64,000 nucleotides of DNA from Paragordius varius (taxonomy: Eukaryota > Animalia > Nematomorpha): positions 5,890,001-5,954,000 of the forward strand of contig OZ176052.1 of assembly GCA_964247055.1 (NCBI GenBank). The letters are read 5' to 3'. This document shows, one piece after another, positions 41,328-54,018 of the stretch; the first letter of the stretch is position 1, and each line of letters starts with the position of its first letter. The position numbers were made by a program, and so were the translations under genes. The notes beneath the pieces were generated by a model. The model saw only the letters and a list, made by a program, of their open reading frames with translations, was not told where the DNA came from and made no database searches.

Positions 41328-43732
41328 ATGCATATGAATTTTGCACATTCAAATTTGTCTGCCCGGTACTTTGATTTAATTCGTAATAAAAGTTTAGCTA
41401 ACAATGAAATCGTAGCTTTATTCGTTATTTTCTTCATAATCCTCTTTAGTAATGTGTTGTGTTTGCTCCTTCTATATACACGGCGGATTAATAGACGAAT
41501 CCTGTTTTACATTAAAACACTGTGTATAGCCGATTTGATGGTGGGAGTTTTCAATGTGTTCCCCCAATTCATCTGGAAGATTACGTATGAATGGAAGGGA
41601 GGTCCATTCTTGTGTAAAATTTTACCCTATTTCCAAGTGTTTACCATGTATTTTTCAACGTACGTCCTTCTAACCATAAGCTTGGATCGTTACATGGCTA
41701 TATGTCACTCTCTCCGTTACAAACATAAATATCATAAGGGGAAACGGGCAAAATGGGCTATTGCCGTAGCTGGAATTCTTTCTGGTATTTTTGCCATCCC
41801 ACAACTCTGGATATGGCGATTAATTAGTATCGTCAGCGAGAAAATTGATGTGGATTTTGTGTTTCAGTATTTTAGACACCCTATCATACGAAAAATTGTA
41901 CAGCGTTACATGAATGAAAATATGAGTAAATTAAGATTTAGACAGGATCATTTAACAAATATGAAAAATATAAACCAAATATATCTTGAAACTAAAATCG
42001 ATTGGGCCATCCTAAGTCTTACGGAGAAAGATAAAAGCTTTTGCATCAAACTCATTGCAGAGCGAAACATAATCATGGGTGGGGCGCTCAAGCCTATGTG
42101 ATTTGGTTCCTCCTTGCCATCTATGTCATTCCCTTATCATTTATAATTTTTTGTTACATAAGCATATACATTAAAATATTACTGAATCTACAACAAAAGA
42201 AATCATTAATTCAGAATGGGAAAGCCGAAAATAATGATCAGGACTATGAGAAGGATGAATATATAGATCCTGATCGTCATCACATTATTGATAATGATAA
42301 CTTACAAGTTAAAAATCCTTTATTAAACCCAAATTCCAAAATATTTATTAAACCTTTAAACTCGGAAAATGTTAAAAAAATGACGCTAAATTTAAAAAGC
42401 TCCATCAAATCATTCAGATCCCCTAATTCCTCAATGCGCAGTAAATCAAATCGCACGGGTACATACAACCAAGCACACAAAATTAATAAAGCACGCAAAA
42501 AGAGTTTGAGTTTGACATTATATATTGTGGCCTGTAACGTGATATGTTGGTCACCTTATTTTATTAGTCTCATTAAATTTACCATCTTTAGAATTCAGGA
42601 TTCGCACAGAAGTAAATACTATAAAAAATATCGAACTATATTGTATTAGAAAAATTAAAAAAAGGCATTTACTCTTTATGTCTTAATAAGATATACCGAT
42701 TGTAATTTTGGTTGTTAATACAATTTATTTGTGTTAGCAGTAGCAGAGATGGTTAGGATAAACAATGCATTATGGTATATAGAACTCTTTAATTTGATTG
42801 GAATTTTATTTTTTTCTCAAAAATTTAGTTATATTTGAAAAAGGAGGGCCGGTGATAATTTTGATTTTGGATAGAATATAATTTAACGATTTTTTTGTTA
42901 AAATAGGATCAACAACACTATAATTATAATTATTAACATAAGACTTTATTTTAAATTGGAAAATTTAATACTCACTCATTATTTTCAAAATTGGGTAACT
43001 CATAATTTATACAGTATAAACTAAATTATTATTACCAAGGAAAATTTTTATGAGTTCTTTTTTTATGGGCTTATTCTTTATTCCTTTCGTTTTTCAATTA
43101 TCGATTATAAAACCAAAAAGCGGTCACAGTCGCAAACACTTTCGTCATTTAGTCCACAATTTAACAGTTGTCATTGGCTGCTTGATTTTCAGGTTTTTTT
43201 AAATTATTTTGGAAAACTAATAAAAGTAATTTTGTATATCGAAAGCACAAATTATTTATATTTTTATACGCATATAATTATTTTTTGCCCGAATTCAGTT
43301 AAAATTGTTTATTAACCGTTTCTTTACTTAAATATGTGCTTAGGAATTCATTCTTAGTTTTTCAGCTAAAGTAGTTAAAAATTTGCCATCAGTTGTGTAT
43401 AAAGATTTTTTAAATTTTTGCAAATGACTGAAAATAGAATTATGGTGTATCTTTTGATAGTTTCTAAAGCATTATTGGAACAGGTGGGTGCTTAAACTTG
43501 AATATGGCCCTTTTTTTAATTTTTTATTATCAGTAGCTAGCTAAATAGGTTAAATTAGTGGCCGTACATCGTATTATTACCCGTAAATAGCTGCATTGAA
43601 AGGCAATGAAACAGATTTTTTCCGGTTCAGATTCTATTTCCACGCATTAAAAAAAATAAGGGTTAAATTAAGTCAGAAAATGATGGCTGTAAGTTTTTTC
43701 ATATTTCAATTATTATCCTAATTTTATTTTTT

Positions 43733-43772
<40 letters not shown>

Positions 43773-43912
43773 CAATGGTAATTTTTGCACTTCTTGGAAA
43801 CCTAGCTAGCTGTGTAAATCCTTGGATCTATATATGGTTCAATCCGATTTTGCCGTTTAAAAAATTTTCCATGTATTCTTTCCGCTCTCAATCAAGCATG
43901 TCCGTAGAATAA
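41328..43912 (+). CDS. Vasopressin/oxytocin-type (nonapeptide) class A GPCR; exon(s) 41328-42611 with a frame break at ~42035-42055, last exon 43773-43912
   Basis: RNKSLANNEIVAL (cf. OXTR RNEALARVEVAVL), IADLMVGVFNVFPQFIW, LCKILPYFQ, STYVLLTISLDRYMAIC, IPQ, CRAKHNHGWGAQAYVIW (cf. CWAVFIQPWGPKAYITW), CWSPYF, LLGNLASCVNPWIY. Phase-1 intron 42612-43772 lies between TM6 and TM7, the position typical of this family. Confidence 0.9.
43739..43770. repeat. (AT)16 microsatellite abutting the GPCR last-exon acceptor
   Basis: Read directly; AG at 43771-43772. Confidence 0.95.
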
Positions 43913-44269
43913 TTAGAATGTTCTAAATTTTATTAAAATTTTTATCATATTAAGAATTCGAAATTAGTACTTAATATTAATAAATTATCAGCAAAACAGA
44001 TATTGATGATTAAAAACTTTAATTTCAAAAAGTATAATTAAGAAATTAGCTAATGCTTTGATTTAAATGTATATTTCCTATAAAGTAACACTTGTTATTA
44101 CAATGGAATTCACAAACGTTGCGGGAAATGTTAAATTGATAAAAACCGCCAAATGTCAATTGCTTAAAACATTAAAACGAAATTAAGTTAAGAATTTTAA
44201 AAAGAAACGCAATTTATAATTTAATAAAATCGTGATGTTAGGAAATCAAATAAACACTTGGATACAACA

Positions 44270-44480
44270 CATTCATTTCAGTCCTTTGATTCAAATTGGG
44301 TCTGTGGAGACCCTAGGCCTGTTTAAATAAATATTTCTAAAAATATGGAACAAATTGAAACCATTGCAAAAGTTTGCATTTTATAAAATTGATGCACCGA
44401 AATATGAAAAGATTCATTTGATATTATCTATTTTATGGATACCTGAAAAATTACTCAACGTGACATCTTTTAGCTAAATA
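44270..44480. repeat. Dispersed repeat, also at ~56220-56440 and partly ~56065-56150
   Basis: cattcatttcagtcct...caaattggg...gga(g/t)accc(t/c)aggcct...aaaaatatggaa...gcaaaagtttgca is present at both loci. Confidence 0.7.
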
Positions 44481-44815
44481 TAAAAATAATGTAGGATGGG
44501 ATTTATATAAAAAATAAGCTTTCATTTTAGCTTTTTGCAAAAATGCAGCAATATAAAAATGGTATCGAAGTAGTTTGAGATGGAACGTTTGTCCAAAACT
44601 ATATTTTATTTATATATATTTTGGCTGATTTATGGTATTTTTATTAGAATAGAAGCCTGAATTTGAATTAACCGTTTCTTTCAGTAGATTTTTAATTACT
44701 TAAATATAGTCAGGGACATTAGATACCCTAATTTGAAACGAAGCGTTAAAGCTCTTATAGTTTGTAATTGAGTGAAACAGAATTCACCATAAAAGTCTTA
44801 TTCATATTGATCCCA

Positions 44816-44872
44816 GGGGCGTACCGAGGGGGGGCAAGGGGGTGTATCATGCCCCGGGCGCCGCAAATGATC
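44816..44872. mobile_element. Isolated GC-rich hAT-like terminus
   Basis: caggggcgtaccgagggggggcaaggggg...gccccgggcgcc; similar cagNggcgta...tggcgccc starts at ~28507 and ~40546. No matching right end found. Confidence 0.4.
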
Positions 44873-45540
44873 GGTAGGCTACTGATTGATCCATTTCGAG
44901 TCTGAAAATTATATCCATAAAAACTCAATAAACATCAATAACTTAATATATTGTTATTATCACCAGACAGAAATTATTTTAAGAGATTTTCATTATGAAA
45001 AAATAAATAATTCGTTTTAACTGAGGTTATATTTAATTCCTTGGTGGAAGTTGAATCCTTAAAAAATTATATGTATAAAATTTTCCATTTTTAGAGAAAT
45101 TACAGTATTAGAATTCGTATAGTGTTTTTTGTTTTGGGAGTTAGTGAGCTCATAAAAAAGTTATACAAAATCCCAATGTTTAGCCAAAAATAAAAAACTA
45201 AAGTTTTTTGCATATTTGTTAATTTTTTTACAAGACTGATAACTAAAACTAACACCATAAGAGTCCGAATTAATTTGAGAAATAGATAAAGGGTATAAGA
45301 AGAATAGAACCTTACAAACCGAGGATGTTGATATAAATAAAGGTGAACATTGTTTTCTCCTATACGGTTTAAACTATTCGTTTTCCGTTTTTATTATTAG
45401 GTTGTAAAAGTGTTAATAGATAATTAAAGGTTTTAACTCACCCAAGGGAACAATGTTAGAGATGTTATTATTTAGAAGATTAAAACAGCACGAACTCATA
45501 CGCATCATGTGCGAGTTCGCATAATCCTTCTAGGTATTAG

Positions 45541-48500
45541 ATATGAAGAAGGGTGAAACTTTGGAAATGGATGAAGGGGATAGAATGAAGGGTGGAAGAT
45601 TAAAAGCGGATGAATTGGATATGAAGAAGGAAGGAACTTTGGAAACAAATGAGGGGGATATGAATAATGGTAGAACTTTAGAAACGGATGAATTAAATAT
45701 GCAGAAGAGTGGAACTTTGGAAGGGGAGGGAATTATATTCATCCGCTTTCAAAGTTCCACCCTTGTTTAGCTTCTTTTTCCGTGTACATAGTTCCGCCAT
45801 ATTCATAAACTAATCCTAACTAGTTGTTCACCCTTTTTCAAATCCATTTCATCCGCTTTCAAATTTTCACCCTTCTTTATGTCCAATTTATCCGTTTCTA
45901 ATCTTCCACCCTTCTTCATATCCACTTCACCCGTTAAAGTTCCGCCTTCTTCATATCCAATTCATCTGTTTCCAAAGTTCCTTCCATGTTCATGTATAAT
46001 ATATCTTTGTCTAATATTTTCCCTTTTTCATATCCTATTTAACCGTTTCCAAAGTTCCACTTTTCTCTACCTTCATTATCCGTATACAAAGTTCCGCCAT
46101 CTTCATATCCAATTAATCCGTATATAGTTGTTCACCCTTTTTCAAATCCAATTCATCCGCTTTCAAATTTCCACCCTTCTTTATGTCCAATTTATCCGTT
46201 TCCAATCTTCCACCCTTCTTCATATCCCCTTCACCCGTTAAAGTTCCGCCTTCTTCATATCCAATTCATCCGTATCCAAAGTACCTTCCTTATTATTATT
46301 ATTATTAAATTACCTTCCTTATTAATTCATAATATATCCTTGTCTAATCTTCTCCCTTATTCATATCCTATTCATCCGTTTCCATAGCTCCAATCTACTT
46401 CATATCGCCTTCATCCGTTTACAAAGTTCCGCCTTCTTCATATCCAATTAATTCGTCTCCAAAGAGTTCCGGCTTTTTTACGTCCCCTTCATCCGTTTCC
46501 AAAGTTTCTTCCTTCTTTATGTCGAATTTATATGTTTCTAATCTTCCACCCTTCTTCATATGCCTGCCATCCTTTTCTAAACCGCCTCCTATATATCCAA
46601 TTCATATGTTTCCAAAGTTCTTCCCTTCTTCATAAAAATTATCCGTTTCTAACCTTCACCCTTCTTCAAATCCCCTACATCCTTATCCATATTTCCACCC
46701 TTCTTCATATCCCCTTCATCTGTTTCAAAAGTTCGGCTTTCTTCACATCCCATTAATCCGTTTCTAATCTCCACCTTCTTCCTTTCCCTTTCATCCGTTA
46801 AAGTTCCGCCTTCTTCATGTATAATATATCAGTTTCTAATCTTCCAATATATCATCTTCATCCGTTTCCATTGTTCCACTCTTATCGTCTTTATCCGTGT
46901 GCAAGGTTCCGCCTTCTTCCTATCCTATTAATCCGTTTCCAAAAAATTCTGCTTTTTTCATGCCCCCTTGCTCGGTTTAAGTTCCTTCCTTCATATCCAC
47001 TTCGTCCGCTTTTAATCTTCCACCTCTCTTCCTACCCCCTTCTTACTTTTCCATCATATCCATTTAATCCGTTTTCACTCTTCATATCCCCTTCACCCTT
47101 TTCCAAAGTTTTGACTCCGTCACATCCAATTCATCCTTTTCAAAAATTCCGCCCTTCGTCTTGTCCTCTTCCTCTGTTTCCAAAGTTCCATCCCTCTTCA
47201 TAACCAATTGATCGCTTTCGAAAATTTTACCCTTCTTCTATTCCCTTTCATCCTTCTCCAAAATTCATAGCCAATTGATCCGTAAAGTTCCTTGCTTCCA
47301 TTAATCCGTTTCTAATATTCCACCCTTCTTTATATCCCTTTCCGTTAAAGTTCCGCCTTCATCATGTATTAAATATCAGTTTCTAATCTTCTACTTTTCT
47401 TCATATCTAATTCATCCGTTTCCAGAGTTCCGCCGTTCCTCATATCCCCTTCATCTATTCCTAATCTTCCATCCCCTTTATTTTTCCAAAGATCCGTCTT
47501 ATTCATATCCAATTAATCTATTTCTAATCTTCCTCGCTTCTTATATCCAATTGATTTGTTTCCAAAGTTCCAGCCTTCTTAATATCCAAATCATCCGTCA
47601 CGAAAGTTTCACCTACTTCATATCCAAATCATTCTTTTCCTAAGTTCCGCCTTTCTTCATATCTCTTTCAGTCGTGTCCAGAGTTCCTTCCTTCTTCTTC
47701 CAATTCCTCCGTTTCTAATCTTCAATTCTTCTTCTTTACCATGTTTTCGAAATTCCGCCTTTCTTAATATTTAAGTCATCTGTGACCAATGTTACACCCT
47801 TCTTCACATCCAATTCATCCGTGTCCAAAGTTCCGCCTTCTCCATAACCAAATCATCCGTTTTCAAACTTCCTTCCTTCTTCCTATCTAATTCATCTGCT
47901 TCTAATCTGCCCCCCTTCTTAATATCCCCTTCATCCGTGTTCAAAGTTCTACCTTTCTTCTTATCCCATTCATCCGTTGATAAAGCTCGGCCTACTTCAT
48001 ATTCAATTAATCCGTTCCCAAAATTCCGCCTTCTTCACATCAAGTTTAATCGTTTTTAATCTTCAAACTTCTTCATATCCTCTTCATCCGTTTCTAAAGT
48101 TTCACATCCTTCATACCTAATTCATCCGTTTCCAAAGTTCCGCCTTCTTCGTATCCAATTCATCCGCTTTTAAAGTTCCTTTCCTATTCATATCCAATTC
48201 AACTGCTTCTATACTACTACTCTTTTCTTCCTACCCCTTCATGTTTTCAAAGTTCCGCCTCATTCATATCCAATTTTTCCGTTTCTAATCTTCCGCACTT
48301 CTTCATATCCAATTGATTCGTTTCCAAAGTTCCGCCTTCTTCACATCCAATTTAACACTTTTTAATCTTCAACCTTCTTCATATTCCCTTCATCCGCTTC
48401 TAAAGTGTGCCCTTCTACATATCTAATTCATCCGTTTCCAGGGTTTCGCCTTGTTCATAATCAATTCATCCGTTTTCAAAGTTCCTTTTCTAATCCTATC

Positions 48501-50310
48501 CAATTCATCTGCTTCTATTCTTCCACCCTTCTTCATATCCCCTTTATCTGTTTCCAAAGTTCCGCTTTCTTCGTATCCAATTCATCCGCTTTTAAAGTTC
48601 CTTTCCTATTTATATCCAATTCAACTGCTTCTAATCTACCCTTTTCTTCCTATCCCCTTCATGTTTTCAAAGTTTCGCCTTATTCATATCCAATTTTTCC
48701 GTGTCTAATCTTCCACACTTCTTCATATCCAATTGATCCGTTTCCGAAGTTCCGCCTTCCTCACATCCAGTTTAACCGTTTTTAATCTCCAACCTTCTTC
48801 ATATCCCCTTCGTCCGCTTCTAAAGTGTCACCTCCTACATATCTAATTCATCCGTTTTCAAAGTTCCTTTTCTATTCATATCCAATTCATATGCTTTTAA
48901 TCTTCCACACTTCTTCCTATCCCCTTCATCCGTTTCCAAAGTTCTGCCTTTATCATATCCAATTTTTCCGTTTCTAATCTTATCCACTCTTCTTCATATC
49001 CCCTTGATCCATTTCCAAAGTATTGCCTCCGTCATATCCAATTAATCTATTTCTAATCCTCCACACTTCTTCATATCCAATTGATCCGTTTCCAAAATTC
49101 CACCCTTGTCAAAATCCAAATCATCCGTCACGAAAATTTCACCTACTTCTTCAATTCATCTTTTTCCTAAGTTCCGCCCTTCTTCATATCTCTTTCAATC
49201 GTGTCCAGAGTTCCTTCCTTATTCTTATCCAATTCCTCTGTTTCTAATCTTCAATTCTTCTTCCTATCCCTGTTTTCGAAGTTCCGCCTTTCTTATTATT
49301 TAATCCGTGACCAAAGTTACACCCTTTTTCACATCCAATTCATCCGTGTCTCTCCGAAACCAATAATCTGTTTTCTGCTTCTAATCTTCCCCCTTAATAT
49401 CCCCTTCATCCGTGTTCAAAGTTCTACCTTCTTCTTATCCCATTCCTTCGTTGATAAAGCTCGGCCTACTTCATATCCAATTAATCTGTTCCCAAAATTC
49501 CGCCTTCTTCACATCAAGTTTAACCGTTTGTAATCTTCAAACTTCTTCATATCCTTTTCATCCGTTTCCAAAGTTTCACATCCTCCATACCTAATTCATC
49601 CGTTTCCAGGGTTTGGCCTTCTTCATGTCCAATTCATCCGTTTGTTTTCCACCCTTCTTTATTACCACTTTATCCTTTTATATTCCACCTTCTTCATATC
49701 TAATTCATCCGTTTCCAAAGTTCAGCCTTCTTCATTTATAATATATCCGTTTCTATTCTTCCACCTTTTTTCATATCCCCTTCATCTGTTTCCAAAGTTC
49801 CGCATTCTTCGTATCCAATTCATCCTTTTTCAAAGTTCCTTTCCTATTCATATCCAATTCATCTGCCGCTAATATTCCACCCTTCTTCATATCCCCTTCA
49901 TCCGTTTCCGAATTCCGCCTTATTCATATCCAATTATCCCGTTTCTAATCTTCCACTCTTCTTCATATCCCCTTCATCCGTTTCCTAATTATTGCCTCCG
50001 TCATCTCCAATTCATTGGATCCCAAAGTTCCACCCTTCTTCATATCCATTTCATCCTTTTCCAAAGTTTCATCCAACTTTATGTATAATATATCCGTTTC
50101 CATAGTTATACTCTTCTTCACATCCAATTCATCCGTTTCTAATCTACCACCCTTCTTCATATTTTTATCAGCTTTTCTTAAATTTATCATATATTCTTCC
50201 TTTTATTATCCTTTTTCATTTCCTTTTCATTCGTTTCTTAATTATCTCCTCCTTTTAATTCATTTGTTTCAAGGTTTATTCATCCCTCACTCATCCGTTT
50301 CTATTACACC
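45541..50310. repeat. Minisatellite array 2 (diverged 38/39-bp units, same family as array 1), first ~200 bp inverted
   Basis: Consensus-like tccacccttcttcatatccaattcatccgtttccaaagt throughout; 45541-45737 carries the purine strand on +; internal block duplications. Confidence 0.93.
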
Positions 50311-52116
50311 CTTGTTTAAAATTCATTTTCCCGATAAGATATTTTTATTTTATTCATAAAATATAATTGGATTTAAGTTAATTTAGGTGTTATAAGTTTT
50401 GTATCAACTTCTGCATTAGTTATATGGTATAAATTTAAATAATTTGCATATATTTAGAACAACAGTTGTTTATAGAAATATTTTTTTTATTTCTACAATA
50501 TAAAATATTAATATTTGCGCAACACTAGGGAGATTTCAAATTTAAAAAATCTTATAATAATTCGGTATCAGGAAGAGATTTTTAGAGTTTAATTTAACTG
50601 CATAATCCTATAATATAGAGAGTTTTGCCAAATTATTGTCAACAATTATGTTTAAGATGTACATTTTTTAACATATAATATAAAATAATTATCAAATATC
50701 CATTGAATGATGATAGCGGAACCCATTTATAGAAAAGATTATTCGATTTGTATCATTTTAAAGCATATTTTGGTCCGTATAGCCCATATTTAGGCATAGT
50801 ATTAGCGAACGTGTAATCAAATTTGCCAAATTAAACTCGTATATAAAGTATAATTCTTGCATTAGTAATTTGTATTGTCTCATACATGATCTGAATATAA
50901 CAATGATGGCGAATATGACGGATTTTTATAATTTATAATGTTTTGTTGATTACATTTAGAATTTGATAAGTGAGTACACTGAAAACAGTTTTTTAAATAA
51001 CGATGATAGAAATATTGTTAAAAATGATTGTTAATTATACAATATGTTTAGTTAATGAATAATATTTAAAATAAAATCTTTTTGTAATCCTTGCATATTT
51101 TATTGTAAAGTATGGAACAGTGATCAACAATATTGCTTAAAACTGTATGACCTTTTGTGGTAGTTTTTTACACCAGGATTATTTGATTCAAATATCTCAA
51201 AAAATATTTTTGGCATCGGGACTAATTTAAAATATGCTTTCTTTAGTTCTTTAAGCAAATTGCAAAAAATCCTCATCTCGAACTTTTTTGCCGCCATTTA
51301 TTTATGTAATATTTTTTAAATCGAGAATACAACAGGCAAATAAATGTAAATTTTGGCTGAAAATTATTAACTTTTCAAAGCTTTTAAATTACAGTTTACC
51401 ATCAATTTTTGTTATATATTGATATTAACTGTTTGTTTTGGCCTAAATTTGGGACTCTTGAAGTAATAAAAACTTTAAAAATATTAAGTTAGATCTATAC
51501 AGGAGAAGAGGGTTTGATGAGTAAGATTAAATAATTCCAACACTAATTTGCTCACTACTTTAAGCTTTGGGGTAGAAAACTACCCCAAAATGTTAATAGC
51601 ATATTAAAAATAAAAATGTAATGAATTGTTAAACACAATCATGTATGACTTTCCGATATTTGCAATGGGATTTGGTAGTATATCACATTTTATATTTTTT
51701 GGTGTTATATAAGGTGACCAGACGTCCCGCTTTTGGCGGGACAGTCCCGCTTTTTTAAACTTTGTCCCGCTTCCCGCTACGTTTTTAAATTTTCCCGCTT
51801 TTTCACGATTATATAAAAAAAAATTTTTATTAATACAAATAAATTTTTTTTATCTGTTTAAATTTTATATCATTAAATATCTTTAATCTATATAAATTTT
51901 AAATTAAAATTTTTTATTTTTAAATTAATATTTATTTTTTTTCGAATTTATATCATACTTTCTTTCCTACTACTACTGTCATCATTATCAAAAAGCCAAG
52001 TTAATACCACAAATCGGTAGCTTAAAAGACAAATTGATATCACAAATCGGTACCTTACACGTTTATTCCAGAAAATTAAGATAATATAATATTTATTATA
52101 CTAATAGTTTATAAAT

Positions 52117-53963
52117 ATGAGCACAAAAAGAGGTAAATTCAACGATGAATTAATGAAAGATTTTCCTTTTATCAAAAAAACGAAGAATGAATCATTTGTT
52201 AAATGTCTTATATGCGAGGGGGAATTCACCCTAGCACATGGCGGCAAGCATGATATTACAAAGCATATGGAAACACAGAAACATAGAAAATGTTTAGATA
52301 TGGCGGCATGATCTTACAAAATGAGCAATTTTTTTCGAAAAACCACTTTTGGAGTGGAAGAAAAGAATTTAGCACTAGCTGAGGGCGTATCTTTTCACCT
52401 GTTAATCAATCATTCCTTTAGATCTATGGACTGTACCTCACAGGTTATTCGCAAGTTATTCCATAAAAAATTTACATGGGCCCGTACAAAGGCTGAATCA
52501 ATTGTGTGCAATGTCCTTTCGCCACATGCATTTTCTGAAATACAAAAAGATTTGCTGAAAATTAATTTCTTATCACTATACTCTGATGCATCAAATCACC
52601 ATGAAACAAAATTATTTCCCACTTTAATAAGATATTTTGATTCAGAAACCGGAGTAAAAATTAAAATTTTAGATTTAATTACTCTACCCGGTGAAAATTC
52701 CGAAATAAATTTACTTCAATAATGTATATTCTAGATAAAAATAATTTAAAAGACAAAATTATAGCATATTGCGCTGACAACACCAATACGAACTTCGGTG
52801 GAAAAGCAAGGAGGGGAACGAATAATATTCATAAATTAGTAGATAATCTTAATTAAAACATTATTGGCGCTGGGTGTGCAGCGCATAAAATACACAACGC
52901 TATTCAAACAGTGGCTGATTTGTTACCCCTAGATGTGGAAAATGTAGTTTTTAAAATATATTCCTATTTTTATATATACGGTACGTGTTGAAACGCTTAA
53001 AGAATTCTGTGAAAATGCAGAAGTTCAATATCAAAAAATGCTTAGATATTGTAAAACTCGTTGGTTAGCTTTTATGCCAGCTATCGAAAAAATTTTAAAA
53101 AATGTATGATCCTTTAAAATCTTTTTTTTATCACAGGACAAATGTCCCACAACTTAAAAAAGTTTTTTGAAAGTGATTCTTCAAAAATATGGTTAGAATT
53201 CTTACATAATCAAGCTTCTCTCTTTCAAAATGTTATTAAATTTATAGAAGGTGACAAAATTTCGGCAATCGAATTAGCCAATGAAGTTAGTAACCTACCA
53301 ATGTCAAGAACGGTTAAAAAATAACTTTATACCATTAACCATCCGCAATATAATAAATAATTTAGAAAAACAAGGCTTAATAAATCGCCAAGATATCCTG
53401 TACCATATAAAAATGTTTTATACAAACTGTAAAGATTATTTGGAAGAATGGACGACGCAATTCAATAAAATAGATCATTTTCATTGGATAACATTAAAAT
53501 CAGAATTTAATTGGTGCCATGTTCAAAAATCATGTGATTATATCTGCTCCCAAAAATTCTCAAAGAGTAATCTTTCAGAAAATGTTCTTTTTTCTGAAGT
53601 ATCAGATATATTAATAATGGAAAAACTTAAATTTGGGCAAAAGAAAAATATACAGTAGATAAGGAATGGTTGGAAATATTTCATCATTTTGAAGCCAATT
53701 ATATTACATACAATAATATTTTAAAAATTGTGGAATTCGCACTATCTTTACCTGGAACCAAGGCTGCTGCTGAGCGCGCTTTTTCCACGGTAAATCAGGT
53801 GTGGACATCGGAAAAATCAAATTTAAATGTTGAAACTTTAAAGGCCGTTTTATCTGTCAAATATAATTTGACAAATTCTTGTGAAGACTTCTACAATATT
53901 TTAAAAAATGACGACAATCTGCTAGAACGCATTCACTCAAACAAAAAATATACCAAAGAATAA
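52117..53963 (+). pseudogene. Disrupted hAT transposase
   Basis: BED-like zinc finger (KCLICEGEF...HDITKHMETQKH), SDASNH, TRWL-type motif and hATC dimerisation motif (LSLPGTKAAAERAFS...NLNVETLKAVLSVKYN). In-frame TGA at 52309-52311 plus several frameshifts split it into 5 ORF pieces. Confidence 0.92.
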
Positions 53964-54018
53964 AATATATTCTTATATTTATAAAGTTTTTATGTTAAAA
54001 AATAAATAAAATTACTTA

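Noticed and set aside
42030-42056. Programmed -1 ribosomal frameshift in the GPCR
   Set aside because: No canonical X XXY YYZ slippery heptamer in the permitted window and no obvious downstream stimulatory structure; an indel or intron is simpler.
34190-50359. Many plus-strand F/S/P/H-rich ORFs in the arrays (e.g. 34190-34540, 46817-47203, 48405-48785)
   Set aside because: By-products of a pyrimidine-rich repeat strand that is poor in stop codons; no domain or splice support.
52309-52311. In-frame TGA in the transposase as selenocysteine or readthrough
   Set aside because: The gene has several additional frameshifts; this is ordinary decay.
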